A DNA stretch of 64,000 nucleotides from Thermoplasmatales archaeon (GCA_038729485.1 JAVYRX010000004.1:10183-74182); one strand, 5' to 3'. Positions 29,740-39,538 are shown, counted from the stretch's first letter. A program made the numbers and translations. The notes: generated by a model from the letters alone, not told the origin.

Positions 29740-30496
29740 GATATTCTTTGTAGGGACTGCAGGTTCCGGCAAATCCACCCTCATAGGTTCGTTTAAGGAA
29801 TGGCTTTCGGCGCTTAATTATGACGCCATTGCGGTCAACCTTGATCCCGGGGCGGAGTTCCTTCCGTACGACCCAGACATAGACATAAGGGAGTCTATTT
29901 CACTGGATGATGTAATGTCTCAGTACAATCTGGGACCCAATGGAGCACAGGTTGTTGCAGCCGATCTTATAGTAAATCAAGTAGAAGAACTGGGAGAAAG
30001 AATAGAGTCTTATGATTCTGACTATGTTCTTATAGACACCCCAGGTCAGCTAGAGCTTTTCGCTTTCAGACAATCGTCTTCAATGCTGGTTGAAAACCTG
30101 GGGGCGCATACAAGTGCGATAGTATATCTCCTGGATTCTGCACTTTTGAAGGATCCACAGTCCTATGCATCCTTGAGGTTTCTTGGTCTCAGCGTCCTAA
30201 CCAAGTTCTACATGCCATTCCTAGCAGTAGCATCTAAGTCAGACCTTCTGGAACCAAAAGAGATTGAAAACATAAAAAAGTGGGACAGAAACAAGGCGAA
30301 TCTCATTGATGACCTAAGGCGCATGTCAGCCACTGTAAACGTGCAGCTGTCAGAGGAGGTAATAAATGCAACGGAATCCCTTAATTTGTTGGGGGAGAGC
30401 ATATTTGCATCTTCGCAGACCGGTGATGGCATGGAGGACGTCTATTCGTTCCTGCAGAGCATCTTCCACGGCTCGGAAGATCTTGAGAAGAGATAG
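29726..30496 (+). CDS. GPN-loop GTPase
   Basis: P-loop GTAGSGKST, the GPN motif in LGPNGA, DTPGQLELF and ASKSDL. It overlaps the polC 3' end by 14 nt. Confidence 0.8.
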   Translation: MTIPRIFFVGTAGSGKSTLIGSFKEWLSALNYDAIAVNLDPGAEFLPYDPDIDIRESISLDDVMSQYNLGPNGAQVVAADLIVNQVEELGERIESYDSDYVLIDTPGQLELFAFRQSSSMLVENLGAHTSAIVYLLDSALLKDPQSYASLRFLGLSVLTKFYMPFLAVASKSDLLEPKEIENIKKWDRNKANLIDDLRRMSATVNVQLSEEVINATESLNLLGESIFASSQTGDGMEDVYSFLQSIFHGSEDLEKR

Positions 30497-30657
30497 TCTA
30501 TCCCGAGAATTTTTAGTCAATATCGCCCTATATCTTACCTGCAGTAATGCTTATAAATTTTGATTTTTTTTATTGGTAATGCCACCTGCATTCAAATCTT
30601 TGTTTCAGTACTTGTCTTACGTTTTTTTTCGCTGATTCTTTAGTTAGAGAAGAAAAG

Positions 30658-30665
30658 TATAAATA
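30658..30665 (+). promoter_or_regulatory. Putative TATA box of ftsZ (leaderless or near-leaderless transcript)
   Basis: GAAAAGTATAAATATT, with TATAAATA ending 17 nt before the ATG at 30683. The purine-rich run just upstream could serve as a BRE. This is a prediction only. Confidence 0.35.
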
Positions 30666-30682
30666 TTGCGTCTGACATACGT

Positions 30683-31771
30683 ATGACTATGGTAGACAAT
30701 AATTTCCAAAATCCGAGAAATTTCGTCTCACCGGACGATGAAGAACTCGCAAAAATCGTTGAATCGCTTAAGATAAACATTAGGATTGTTGGGTGCGGAG
30801 GTGCAGGGACCAACACTATCAACAGGTGCGCCAAATCCGGAATTTACGGCGCTGATCTAATAGCTATGAATACGGATGCTCCGCATTTACTTACCATTCA
30901 GGCAAACAGGAAACTTCTAGTTGGTAAGAGGACAACTGGAGGCAGAGGGGCAGGCGCCTTGCCTCAGGTAGGGGAGGAGGCCGCTAAGGAAAATTACGAT
31001 GAAATAGTTTCGTTGATAGGAAATTCAGAAATCGTATTCATAACGTCTGGAATGGGTGGAGGCACCGGAACCGGTGTTGCCCCTGTCGTCGCGGAGGTTG
31101 CAAAAAGGCAAAAATCCTTGGTCATCAGCATAGTCACGCTGCCATTCTCAGCGGAGGGAAAGGTCAGGATGGACAATGCAATATACGGCATTGAGAAGCT
31201 CAGAAAAGTATCCGACACTACGATTGTAATTCCAAATGACAAGCTATTGGAAATAGTGCCCAGGCTCCCGCTGGATCAGGCATTCAAGGTAGCGGATGAA
31301 ATATTGATGGAGTCGCTTAAGGGCTTAACGGAGATAATCACCAAGCCTGGTCTCGTGAATCTCGATTATTCTGATATACAGACCGTAATGAAGGAGGGTG
31401 GAGTTGCAATGATCGGAATCGGCGAAAGCGTCGGTGGCAAAGCGACGGTTGAAGAGGCAGTTACAGAGGCGATAACTTCCCCGCTTATTGAGGCCGATAT
31501 TTCCACGACAAAGGGAGCCCTAGTAAGAATCGTAGGCGGGGAGGATATGACAATTTCACAGGCAGAGTTGGCTGTTAGGATGATACAGGAAAGGATAAAC
31601 CCCATGGCTAGGATTGTCTGGGGAGCTTCAGTCGATCCGTCGCTTAAGGGTGAATTTAAGGTGCTTGTCGTCCTAACGGGAGTAAATTCCCCATACTTCC
31701 TCAACTCCACAAAAGGAGTCGCAATTAAAGGAGCGAGGGGACTGGACGCAGAAATAGACTCGGTGATGTAA
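30683..31771 (+). CDS. ftsZ: Cell division GTPase FtsZ
   Basis: GCGGAGTNTINR, tubulin signature GMGGGTGTG, LPFSAEGKVRMDNA, IVIPNDKL and NLDYSDI (T7 loop). 362 aa. Confidence 0.95.
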   Translation: MTMVDNNFQNPRNFVSPDDEELAKIVESLKINIRIVGCGGAGTNTINRCAKSGIYGADLIAMNTDAPHLLTIQANRKLLVGKRTTGGRGAGALPQVGEEAAKENYDEIVSLIGNSEIVFITSGMGGGTGTGVAPVVAEVAKRQKSLVISIVTLPFSAEGKVRMDNAIYGIEKLRKVSDTTIVIPNDKLLEIVPRLPLDQAFKVADEILMESLKGLTEIITKPGLVNLDYSDIQTVMKEGGVAMIGIGESVGGKATVEEAVTEAITSPLIEADISTTKGALVRIVGGEDMTISQAELAVRMIQERINPMARIVWGASVDPSLKGEFKVLVVLTGVNSPYFLNSTKGVAIKGARGLDAEIDSVM

Positions 31772-31772
31772 G

Positions 31773-32153
31773 ATGGACAAGAAAAGTTTTAGGTTGGCCT
31801 CGGGGCTTCTCGGCTTTCTGGCTTCTATTCTCTTTGTTCTATACGTATTCCAGTTGTCCCACACTGTGCTTCAGGGAATTCTGTATACTTCATTCGCGTT
31901 GCTCGCTTATGCACTTGCCTCGTATCTTGCATTGTACAATTCCCAGAACAGGTATGTCAGACTGGTGCCGTTCGTCTACCTTGGAGCAGGACTTGCAATG
32001 ATATACGCAGTTGAGATAGTAATTGGCGGGCACCGCATGTTTCTATACCTGGCTCTCACAACCGCATTGATTGCTGCGATAAGCTATCTTTATGCCGCAT
32101 ATTCTGCAGGCTACGGAAGAGCCTCATCGAAGCTCGGCGTGAAAGCACACTAA
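31773..32153 (+). CDS. Hypothetical 4-TM membrane protein
   Basis: 126 aa. It starts 1 nt after the ftsZ stop and consists of four hydrophobic helices. Confidence 0.5.
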   Translation: MDKKSFRLASGLLGFLASILFVLYVFQLSHTVLQGILYTSFALLAYALASYLALYNSQNRYVRLVPFVYLGAGLAMIYAVEIVIGGHRMFLYLALTTALIAAISYLYAAYSAGYGRASSKLGVKAH

Positions 32154-32211
32154 CTCTCTTTTATTTTTTTATTTTTGTGAGTTTTAATATACTATTTGTT
32201 AATCTCAGCAG

Positions 32212-34314
32212 GTGAAACCCAGGGCATTCGTTTTTGTTGCATTGCCATATGCCAACGGTGCGTTGCACTTAGGGCAGATTGCTGGAGCATATCTTCCATA
32301 CGATGCCTTCAGACGATTCCTGAAGCTCAGGGGGGAGGAGGTAATTTCCGCTTCCGGCAGCGATGAACACGGAACTCCCATAACGCTTCGTTCCATAAGG
32401 GAGCGAATCCCTCCTGAAGAAATAGTCTCTAGGTACCATAAGACGAACACGGACATTTTCTCGCGCATGAATATAGAGTTTGATGCGTACATTGAAACAT
32501 CCTCGGCGCTACATAAGGGTATAGTCAAGGACTTCCTGGAGAGATTAATCGAGAGGGGATTCATCTATGAGGCTGAAATGATCCAGCCATATTGCGTTAA
32601 GGAATCTATTTTCCTTGCTGACCGGTATGTTGTCGGCAAATGCCCTTACTGCGGATATGAGTTGGCGACAGGAGATCAGTGCGAAAATTGTGGTGCTACC
32701 TTGGAACCTACGGATCTTATAGATCCAGTTTGCATTTTCGATCACACCACACCGGAGTTCAGAAAAACAAAGCATCTATTTTTCAAGCTTTCGAGTCTTC
32801 AGGAGGAATTAAGAAATTATGTGGAGTCAAAGTCTTACTGGAGGCAGAACGTGATCCGCTACTCCACAAATTTCATAAAGGAGGGGCTCAAGGATCGCCC
32901 CATAACCAGAGACCTGACTTGGGGAGTGGATGTTCCGAACGTTGGTTACGAGAACAAGAAAATATACGTTTGGTTCGAGGCCCTGATTGGATACCTCACC
33001 GGGGTGGCTACTGTCTTAGGTAGTTATAAAGAGGCTGTCGATTTATGGAAGGATCCCGATGTGAAGCATTACTACTTCATGGGAAAGGACAACATAGCAT
33101 TTCACTCGATAATTTGGCCTGGAATGCTGATCGCGCACGGCGAAATGACGCTGCCGTACTACATTGCTGCAAATGAATACCTGAATTTTAAGGGGGAGAA
33201 ATTCTCAAAAAGTAGGGGTACAGGCATATCGATGCCTGAAATGCTAGAGAGGTACGACCCTGAATTCATTAGGTTTGGGGTATTCTACAATCTTCCTGAG
33301 GAGCACGACTCGGACTTTTCCTTGGAAGAGTTTCAGAACAAAGTCAATACTGAAATGATCGACAAATTCGGAAATTTCGTAAACAGGGCGCTCGTTCTGG
33401 CCTTCAAGCACGGAAGCGTTTCCTCGGATCAAATCGCTCAAAATCAGGAGGACGTGGATGCTGAGAAGAAGATAAGAAGCACGTTGGCCGATATAATAGG
33501 AAATATGGAGAACGTCAGGATACGCGAAGCGTTCAGAAAATGGTTGGACCTCGTATACTATAGCAATTCATACATCACTAGAAGAAAAACTTGGGAGGCC
33601 TGCAAGAATGCTGGCGGGGACTGCAATGCTGCCATTTATACAGGCGTCAAGCTAGTATTTGCATTAGCAGTCTCAGGCCAGATTTTCCTCCCAACTACCT
33701 CGAAGAAAATACTCTCTTGGCTCGGATATCAGGAGCCGGTTCAGCTCACTGCTGATTTGGAATTTCCGGTTGCGAGGCTTGTAACGAAGCCAGAGCGTCT
33801 TTTCGAAAAGATCAAGGATCAAAGAATAAATCTGAAGCTTGTGGTGGCTAGAGTGGAAAACGTTGAAGATCATCCGGATGCAGAGAAACTATACGTGTTA
33901 GATCTTGATCTCGGAGCAGAGAAAAGGAGAATAGTGAGCGGAATTAAAGATAGTTATGAAAAATCAAATCTAGTGGGGAAGAAAATAGTCATAGTTCATA
34001 ACCTGAAGCCTGCCGTGATACGTGGAGTGAAATCAAACGGCATGCTTCTTGCCGCAGAGGATGAGCAGGGAGTTCATCTGCTTCTGGCCCCAGATTCAGT
34101 TAAGGAAGGCGAGGAGGTAAAAATTGATGGCCTTGAGACAGACGATTCAGAGATCTCAATAGAAGAATTCAGAAAAATGGACATCAGGACAAGCGTGATC
34201 AATGGAAAGACCCTCGCCAAGATGTCTGTGGGAGATAAATCATTCATCCTCAAGGTAGGCGGCGAAGTCCTCTTCTTAGACGGCTCGCCAAGGGAGGGCA
34301 TAAAGATAAAATGA
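32212..34314 (+). CDS. metG: Methionyl-tRNA synthetase with C-terminal Trbp111/EMAPII-like tRNA-binding domain
   Basis: HIGH-type PYANGALHLGQ, Zn knuckles CPYCG...CENCG, KMSKS-type KFSKSRG, and the C-terminal HPDAEKLYVLDLDLG....IVSGI OB-fold domain. GTG start. Confidence 0.95.
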   Translation: MKPRAFVFVALPYANGALHLGQIAGAYLPYDAFRRFLKLRGEEVISASGSDEHGTPITLRSIRERIPPEEIVSRYHKTNTDIFSRMNIEFDAYIETSSALHKGIVKDFLERLIERGFIYEAEMIQPYCVKESIFLADRYVVGKCPYCGYELATGDQCENCGATLEPTDLIDPVCIFDHTTPEFRKTKHLFFKLSSLQEELRNYVESKSYWRQNVIRYSTNFIKEGLKDRPITRDLTWGVDVPNVGYENKKIYVWFEALIGYLTGVATVLGSYKEAVDLWKDPDVKHYYFMGKDNIAFHSIIWPGMLIAHGEMTLPYYIAANEYLNFKGEKFSKSRGTGISMPEMLERYDPEFIRFGVFYNLPEEHDSDFSLEEFQNKVNTEMIDKFGNFVNRALVLAFKHGSVSSDQIAQNQEDVDAEKKIRSTLADIIGNMENVRIREAFRKWLDLVYYSNSYITRRKTWEACKNAGGDCNAAIYTGVKLVFALAVSGQIFLPTTSKKILSWLGYQEPVQLTADLEFPVARLVTKPERLFEKIKDQRINLKLVVARVENVEDHPDAEKLYVLDLDLGAEKRRIVSGIKDSYEKSNLVGKKIVIVHNLKPAVIRGVKSNGMLLAAEDEQGVHLLLAPDSVKEGEEVKIDGLETDDSEISIEEFRKMDIRTSVINGKTLAKMSVGDKSFILKVGGEVLFLDGSPREGIKIK

Positions 34315-34943
34315 ACGGGGATCTTCACATACATTCAAAATATTCCGTTGATTCCAGACTCGAGCCTGATATGATCGCTAAAGTCGCGATATCAAAGCGG
34401 CTTGGTTTTATTGCAATCACAGATCATAATGCCTTTCAGAGCCACAAAATCGACGGCATTATATTCATCAAAGGAGAGGAAATATCCACAGCAGAAGGTC
34501 ATGTATTGGGGTTGTTCCTGCAGGACTACGTTAAAAAGGAGATGAGCCAGGAGGAGACAGTGGATGCCATTCACGATAGAAATGGAATTGCAGTTTCCGC
34601 ACACCCATTTCGTAGTGTTAACGGGGTGAGGAACAATTTCAAAAATATTTACGACGCAATTGAGGCTAAGAATGGCAGGTGCAGTTCAAGGTGTAACGAA
34701 GAAGCATTAAGGCTCTCAAACTCCCTTTCAAAACCATCTACGGCAGGAAGTGATGCCCATTTTTACGATGAAATTGGCAGAGTGTACATGGAAGTGAACG
34801 CAAATGATGAAGAATCGATCAGAAAGGAAATTATTTCGGGCCGCACAAAACTTTACGGTAACGACTTAGATGTAGGCGGTGCAATTTCGCTTTACTTCAA
34901 AATGGGTAAAGATTACATACTTAGGGGATTCAAAAGAATATAG
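34311..34943 (+). CDS. PHP-domain metal-dependent phosphoesterase
   Basis: GDLHIHSKYSVDS, ITDHN, HPF and GSDAH motifs. ATGA overlap with the metG stop. Confidence 0.75.
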   Translation: MNGDLHIHSKYSVDSRLEPDMIAKVAISKRLGFIAITDHNAFQSHKIDGIIFIKGEEISTAEGHVLGLFLQDYVKKEMSQEETVDAIHDRNGIAVSAHPFRSVNGVRNNFKNIYDAIEAKNGRCSSRCNEEALRLSNSLSKPSTAGSDAHFYDEIGRVYMEVNANDEESIRKEIISGRTKLYGNDLDVGGAISLYFKMGKDYILRGFKRI

Positions 34944-34946
34944 AGA

Positions 34947-35435
34947 CTATATGTATTGTAGTCTCTCTATTAGATCCTTTATTCTCTTTTTAGCCTCAGG
35001 ATCCTCCCTTACCTTGTCCTTTGATTCAACTAAAAAGTTCACTAGCGACTCCATGTTCCTAAGCGTTTCGTTGTACGACGTATTTTGAATTCCTGGCGCC
35101 ATTTTCCAAGGAAACCAGCTTTCTTCAAGCGTTTCCTTGCCTTTATTTGTTGCGGAGTAAAACTTCTTACCGTCCCTGATGTCAACATTAAGGAGTCCTT
35201 CATCAGACATCTCTTCAAGAAGCGGGTATACGTGCCCTGGTGAGGGTCTCCACCTGCCAAGAGTAATCTCCTCAAGAGAATCCATTATCATGGCCCCAGT
35301 CGACGGCTCCTTTTGCGTGATTCTCAAAATTAGGTATCTCAGGCCAAACCCCCTATGATGCCTATTCGACGGTCCCCGGCAATCCATTCCTTCATGGTGT
35401 TTCCAACCTCTATATTCGTCATTCATTTTTATCAC
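34947..35435 (-). CDS. PadR-family transcriptional regulator
   Basis: The winged-helix core is RYLILRITQKEPSTGAMIMDSLEEITLGRWRPSPGHVYPLLEEMSDEGLL. Confidence 0.85.
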   Translation of the reverse strand: MIKMNDEYRGWKHHEGMDCRGPSNRHHRGFGLRYLILRITQKEPSTGAMIMDSLEEITLGRWRPSPGHVYPLLEEMSDEGLLNVDIRDGKKFYSATNKGKETLEESWFPWKMAPGIQNTSYNETLRNMESLVNFLVESKDKVREDPEAKKRIKDLIERLQYI

Positions 35436-35442
35436 CTGTTTG

Positions 35443-35494
35443 GATATCTATTTTAGATATCTGAATTAGATATCTAATTCCGATATTTGAATTT
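35443..35494. repeat. Four tandem 13-bp repeats (GATATCTnAATTn) at the padR promoter; candidate operator array
   Basis: The units are gatatctatttta, gatatctgaatta, gatatctaattcc and gatatttgaattt, starting at 35443, 35456, 35469 and 35482. Three of them contain the palindrome GATATC. The array begins 8 nt upstream of the padR start codon. Confidence 0.7.
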
Positions 35495-36027
35495 TTTCAC
35501 ATATGATTTTGATCCAAGACTTTTTACCGATTCTGGCGAAATAATTATAATTGGATTTTCAGTTTTTAATATTGTTTAGGCCGCGCATGTGGCGTTTTTC
35601 AGGATTCATTTTAAGCATTTTTGTGAAATAACATTGTTGTTGAAGTCTCACCTCAATATTGATGGAGCCTGCCGCAAGATTAGGATCAAGTAGTAAGCAT
35701 CTGTGAAAATTCATCCTTCTACGTCTTCGGAGAAGATAGTTGGACTAATTCCTTTATTAATCACCATTGCAATTTTTTTTAAGAAGGGACTGACGGGATA
35801 ATGCATGCTCGTCGGTGTTTTTGTTGTGATTCTCTTGATAGTAAGACGATGAAAATCTTTCCTGATTTATGGATTCGACTTAACTCTTCTTGGAACTTGA
35901 TTTCTGGGGATGACTGGATATATGTTTTCTAATGCATTGCAACTGAAGAAGGAAATGCCTTTGCTGGATGCGTATACGTTATTATATTCACGATTTCAGG
36001 AATTGTTAGGGAATCTTTCAGAGCGAA

Positions 36028-37200
36028 TCATTTACGCCGGAACGTTTTCTTAAATAGAAAGTAATAAAGGGCTGGGTCTGCTAAGGTAATTAGACCAGCT
36101 ATGAACGGCGGATATGCTGAATTTAAAGAGAGTAGACTGCCTGCAAATGGAGGAGAAACGGAGGAAAACCCGGTTCTTGTCATGGACGTAGCCCCAGACG
36201 AGGTTGCTCGCTCTGCCTCATGAACTATCCCAAGAGAGAATGATTGCCTTATCGGAACGGCACCCATCTGGGTTCCCTGTCTAAGCGCATATAAAGCAGA
36301 TGTTACGATAAGGAAAGGACTGAATGCGAGCAATATGAGCGCTAACGATGAGATTAGTCTAGTCCCAACGATTGCCTTTAATTCTGTCTCCGGTCTAGTG
36401 ATTCTTGGAAGAATCAACATGGTTAAGATGACAACGATATTTGAAAGACCAAATATTACTCCTATTTGACCTGACGTAAGGCCGAATCTAATGTGGAACC
36501 AAAGGGAAAATATTGGCGATATGAAACCTGATCCGACGCCATTTGGTATAGTCGGAATAGCCAGTTTTATTATATTCCTCCATGAGATTTTGGGGAGGAA
36601 ATTCTTGCTTCTGACCTTTCTATCTTTAAGCCAAACAGATACAATTGCTCCGGCCAAACCGAGGACGCCTGAAAGATAGAAGAGCAAGTAAACATCTATA
36701 TGAACATGTTCAAACAACTCAATTAAAAAGGAACCTCCACTGGAAGCTGCTATACCGATTACTGAGGCAATGGACAGAGTCGCAGAGAATTTTTCTCGTT
36801 TGGTAAATTCCGTTATCAGCGCAGTTTGGATCGCCCCAAATGGACCCCCCGAACCTATAGGTCCTCCCCCAGAACCCGTAAAACCTCCTATGCCACTCAT
36901 CAACATTAGGATTAATGGGTTTTTCGTGCTTAAAAAAAGAAACGAAGAAACGGAAAACATTATGAATAGGCCAATCAAAGTGAACTTCCTTCCAAGCCTA
37001 TCCCCCACCATTCCTAACGAGAAGCTCATCAAGGAATTAATTAGGATGGCGCCTGTTAGAATGAGACCGATCTCAAGAAATGAGTAACCTATATAGTGAA
37101 GATATAGGCTAAGTAATACGTTTAGGAATCCATAGCTAAAGCTTAGGAGAACCCTTGCGGATATGATATTAAGCAAGCTACCTCTGCCACCGTCGTTCAT
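36028..37200 (-). CDS. MFS transporter
   Basis: 390 aa with about 12 TM helices. MVGDRLGRK is an MFS loop 2-3 motif. Confidence 0.8.
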   Translation of the reverse strand: MNDGGRGSLLNIISARVLLSFSYGFLNVLLSLYLHYIGYSFLEIGLILTGAILINSLMSFSLGMVGDRLGRKFTLIGLFIMFSVSSFLFLSTKNPLILMLMSGIGGFTGSGGGPIGSGGPFGAIQTALITEFTKREKFSATLSIASVIGIAASSGGSFLIELFEHVHIDVYLLFYLSGVLGLAGAIVSVWLKDRKVRSKNFLPKISWRNIIKLAIPTIPNGVGSGFISPIFSLWFHIRFGLTSGQIGVIFGLSNIVVILTMLILPRITRPETELKAIVGTRLISSLALILLAFSPFLIVTSALYALRQGTQMGAVPIRQSFSLGIVHEAERATSSGATSMTRTGFSSVSPPFAGSLLSLNSAYPPFIAGLITLADPALYYFLFKKTFRRK

Positions 37201-37426
37201 TTCTTTAGCACCTTGAGTTTGAATCAGATGATTATCTTTATTGTCCCAGAATGATTTTAGCTCGTAATTTTTCTATATTTTCCATAGCTAAAAATGGCCC
37301 CGATCTCTTGTTTATCCGTGATTTCATCTCTATCCTCCCCAACCAAATTAAATTTTAGCGTCTAATTTTTGGGATATTCTTACGTCTTCCGTAGAAGTGA
37401 AACGGTTAATTTGCAGGTTTACTTTG

Positions 37427-37795
37427 TCACAGATCTAGATCTTCAATACTTGGACCCAAAGTGCTAATTAAATTGTCTATGTCTTCCATTACTTTTTCAT
37501 TATAAGACCTGACTTGTACAGCGAGAAAGTGAGTTTCATCCAATGGTCTTATAATAATGCTATGTCCGGTATTCGTCTTAACATTAACCTCTGTTAGTTT
37601 CAATCCTACATTGTTTACGAGTTCTTTTGTACCTTCATAAGTGACGCTCAGTAGGGACGCTACAGATCTGCTGATAGCCTGGACATTTTTTTTCGGCGAT
37701 ATTGAGCCATAGACGCTTGACACTAGTAAAAGATTGTCCACATATGGCTTTCGTGAATATTCTTCTATAATTTTGTGAACTGGCTCCTTTTTCAT
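37427..37795 (-). CDS. Possible Roadblock/LC7 (MglB-like) domain protein
   Basis: At 122 aa, the size and alternating pattern (LLLVSSVYGSI...A.SRSVASLLS....G..L.EV.V.T..G..II.RPL..THFLAV) are compatible with Roadblock/LC7. No diagnostic motif is present. Confidence 0.4.
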   Translation of the reverse strand: MKKEPVHKIIEEYSRKPYVDNLLLVSSVYGSISPKKNVQAISRSVASLLSVTYEGTKELVNNVGLKLTEVNVKTNTGHSIIIRPLDETHFLAVQVRSYNEKVMEDIDNLISTLGPSIEDLDL

Positions 37796-37847
37796 TACAT
37801 AATACTATATTTTCTGTAAATATAAACTTTAATTAAATATAAGCATC

Positions 37848-38714
37848 TTATCTTAACTCAAGAAGATCCACCTCAACGCCCAAGAGCATGGAAACATATA
37901 TTGACGCAAACTCAGCAATTATCGCATTTTTAAGATACCCTGGTAAGGTATCGTTTCTAAAGGGATATCCCCCTTCCCGAGATTTTGCTGCCGTCTCTCC
38001 TTCCCCGGCAAAGGAAATTACTATTGCTTTCTTATTCGCAGAGTTAGTTTGATCGACTTCCCGGAAATGCACCGCAACTGAATCAACATTTGCATTTCTT
38101 TTAAGTAAATCTACGTATCTACCTGCTAAGCCTCTAGTTCTATCATCGTAGGCGAATATTATGGGGGCCTCAACTAGCTCCATCGAAAGCTTCTTCGATG
38201 CGTTATACTGTGAAATCGAGGAAGGTAATTGCGACTCTATAAAGGACTCCAGTTCTTTCGTTGGAAAATCAAGCCCATACATTGAAAGAATGCATCCGAG
38301 AATCTCAGGCATGATGAATTTCATAGGATATCCTTTCGGAAGAGACTGGTACTCCCATCCGTTCTCTCTTGCCTCCTTTTTTATAGGTCCGCCAGCTGAA
38401 AAAAGAATTCCCTTTTTATTTGAATTTCTGATTGAGGGGACGGCTTCGTTTGACAAACCGTCGTGCGAGAAAATTATATTCTGATGATCCCCTTGTTGAA
38501 CCCTGTAGTCGTTGAAGACTTCCACCGCTTCTCTCCCTAGAATGTCTTCAGCCATACGTGCTATAGAATAAAGGGGCCCCTCCGCATGAATGTGACTCTT
38601 TGCGGAAGGAATTTTTTTACAAAACATGAACCTGTTGGGAGTTTCTCTTATCCACGAAAATGGAGGGGTATCGTCTAGCTGAATAACGTACTCTTCATCC
38701 AGTAGACCAACCAT
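37848..38714 (-). CDS. SIS-fold protein related to archaeal bifunctional phosphoglucose/phosphomannose isomerases, with degenerate catalytic motifs
   Basis: PIIFAYDDRTRGLAGRYVDLLKRNANV and GILFSAGGPI...LPKGYP..F.MPEILGCILSMYGLDFP parallel the crenarchaeal PGI/PMI sequence as I remember it. The GMGGSG phosphate loop and the EAHHN region are not conserved. Confidence 0.45.
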   Translation of the reverse strand: MVGLLDEEYVIQLDDTPPFSWIRETPNRFMFCKKIPSAKSHIHAEGPLYSIARMAEDILGREAVEVFNDYRVQQGDHQNIIFSHDGLSNEAVPSIRNSNKKGILFSAGGPIKKEARENGWEYQSLPKGYPMKFIMPEILGCILSMYGLDFPTKELESFIESQLPSSISQYNASKKLSMELVEAPIIFAYDDRTRGLAGRYVDLLKRNANVDSVAVHFREVDQTNSANKKAIVISFAGEGETAAKSREGGYPFRNDTLPGYLKNAIIAEFASIYVSMLLGVEVDLLELR

Positions 38715-38788
38715 ATTAATTGGTAGTCTAATCTAAAATAATATGGTTGCGGCCAGAAACTTATATCTTTCATATCATTAAGGTTTGA

Positions 38789-39538
38789 ATGGACGTCTCC
38801 GTTCTAATAACCGTAAAAAACGACAGAAGAAACATTGCACGTCTGATGGAGTCACTCAGGTCTGTTAAGGGCAGGTTTGAAATCGTCGTGGTTGATGCGT
38901 ACTCAACGGATGGAACTTATGAATATCTTGAAGGTATTAAGGAGGAAATGGATCTTATTCTTTCCCGAAGGGAAGGGCGCCGTTCCGCAGGAAGAAATGA
39001 GTGTATTAGAATGTCTTCCGGCTCCAAATTTGTTTTTTTGGATTCGGATACTGAAGTTTCAGCAGACTGGGGAGAAAAATTAATTAAAAATAAAGATAAA
39101 GATATAGTGGCGGGTAAAATAATCCAGAAATCAGAAAAAAAATGGGCCGATCTTAACAGGGTTCCCATATACTTTGAAGGAAATGACGTAACGTTCCCGT
39201 CAAATAACCTAATGTACTCGAGAAGCGTCATAGAGAAAATTGGAATGTTTGATGAAAACTTTAACACGGCAGAGGACATAGACCTAAACATACGCGCTGT
39301 TAGGGCCGGCTTTAGCATATATTTTGAAAAAGAGCTGGTGGTCTATCATTATCCGAGGGTGTCTTTCCGTTCCCTTATGATGCAGAGTTATTATGACGGC
39401 GTCGGACGGAGGATAATAAGGAGAAAACACAATCTTAGAAGTAGCCTTAATCTTTCAAATCTTAGAAAACACCCATTCATAGAATCGGCCCGCTTACTTT
39501 CAGGGATGACAGGCTACCTGTTTGGTGATTTCAAGTGA
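38789..39538 (+). CDS. Glycosyltransferase family 2
   Basis: VSVLITVKNDRRNIARLMESL, VVVDAYSTDGT, FLDSDT (DxD) and AEDIDL. Confidence 0.8.
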   Translation: MDVSVLITVKNDRRNIARLMESLRSVKGRFEIVVVDAYSTDGTYEYLEGIKEEMDLILSRREGRRSAGRNECIRMSSGSKFVFLDSDTEVSADWGEKLIKNKDKDIVAGKIIQKSEKKWADLNRVPIYFEGNDVTFPSNNLMYSRSVIEKIGMFDENFNTAEDIDLNIRAVRAGFSIYFEKELVVYHYPRVSFRSLMMQSYYDGVGRRIIRRKHNLRSSLNLSNLRKHPFIESARLLSGMTGYLFGDFK

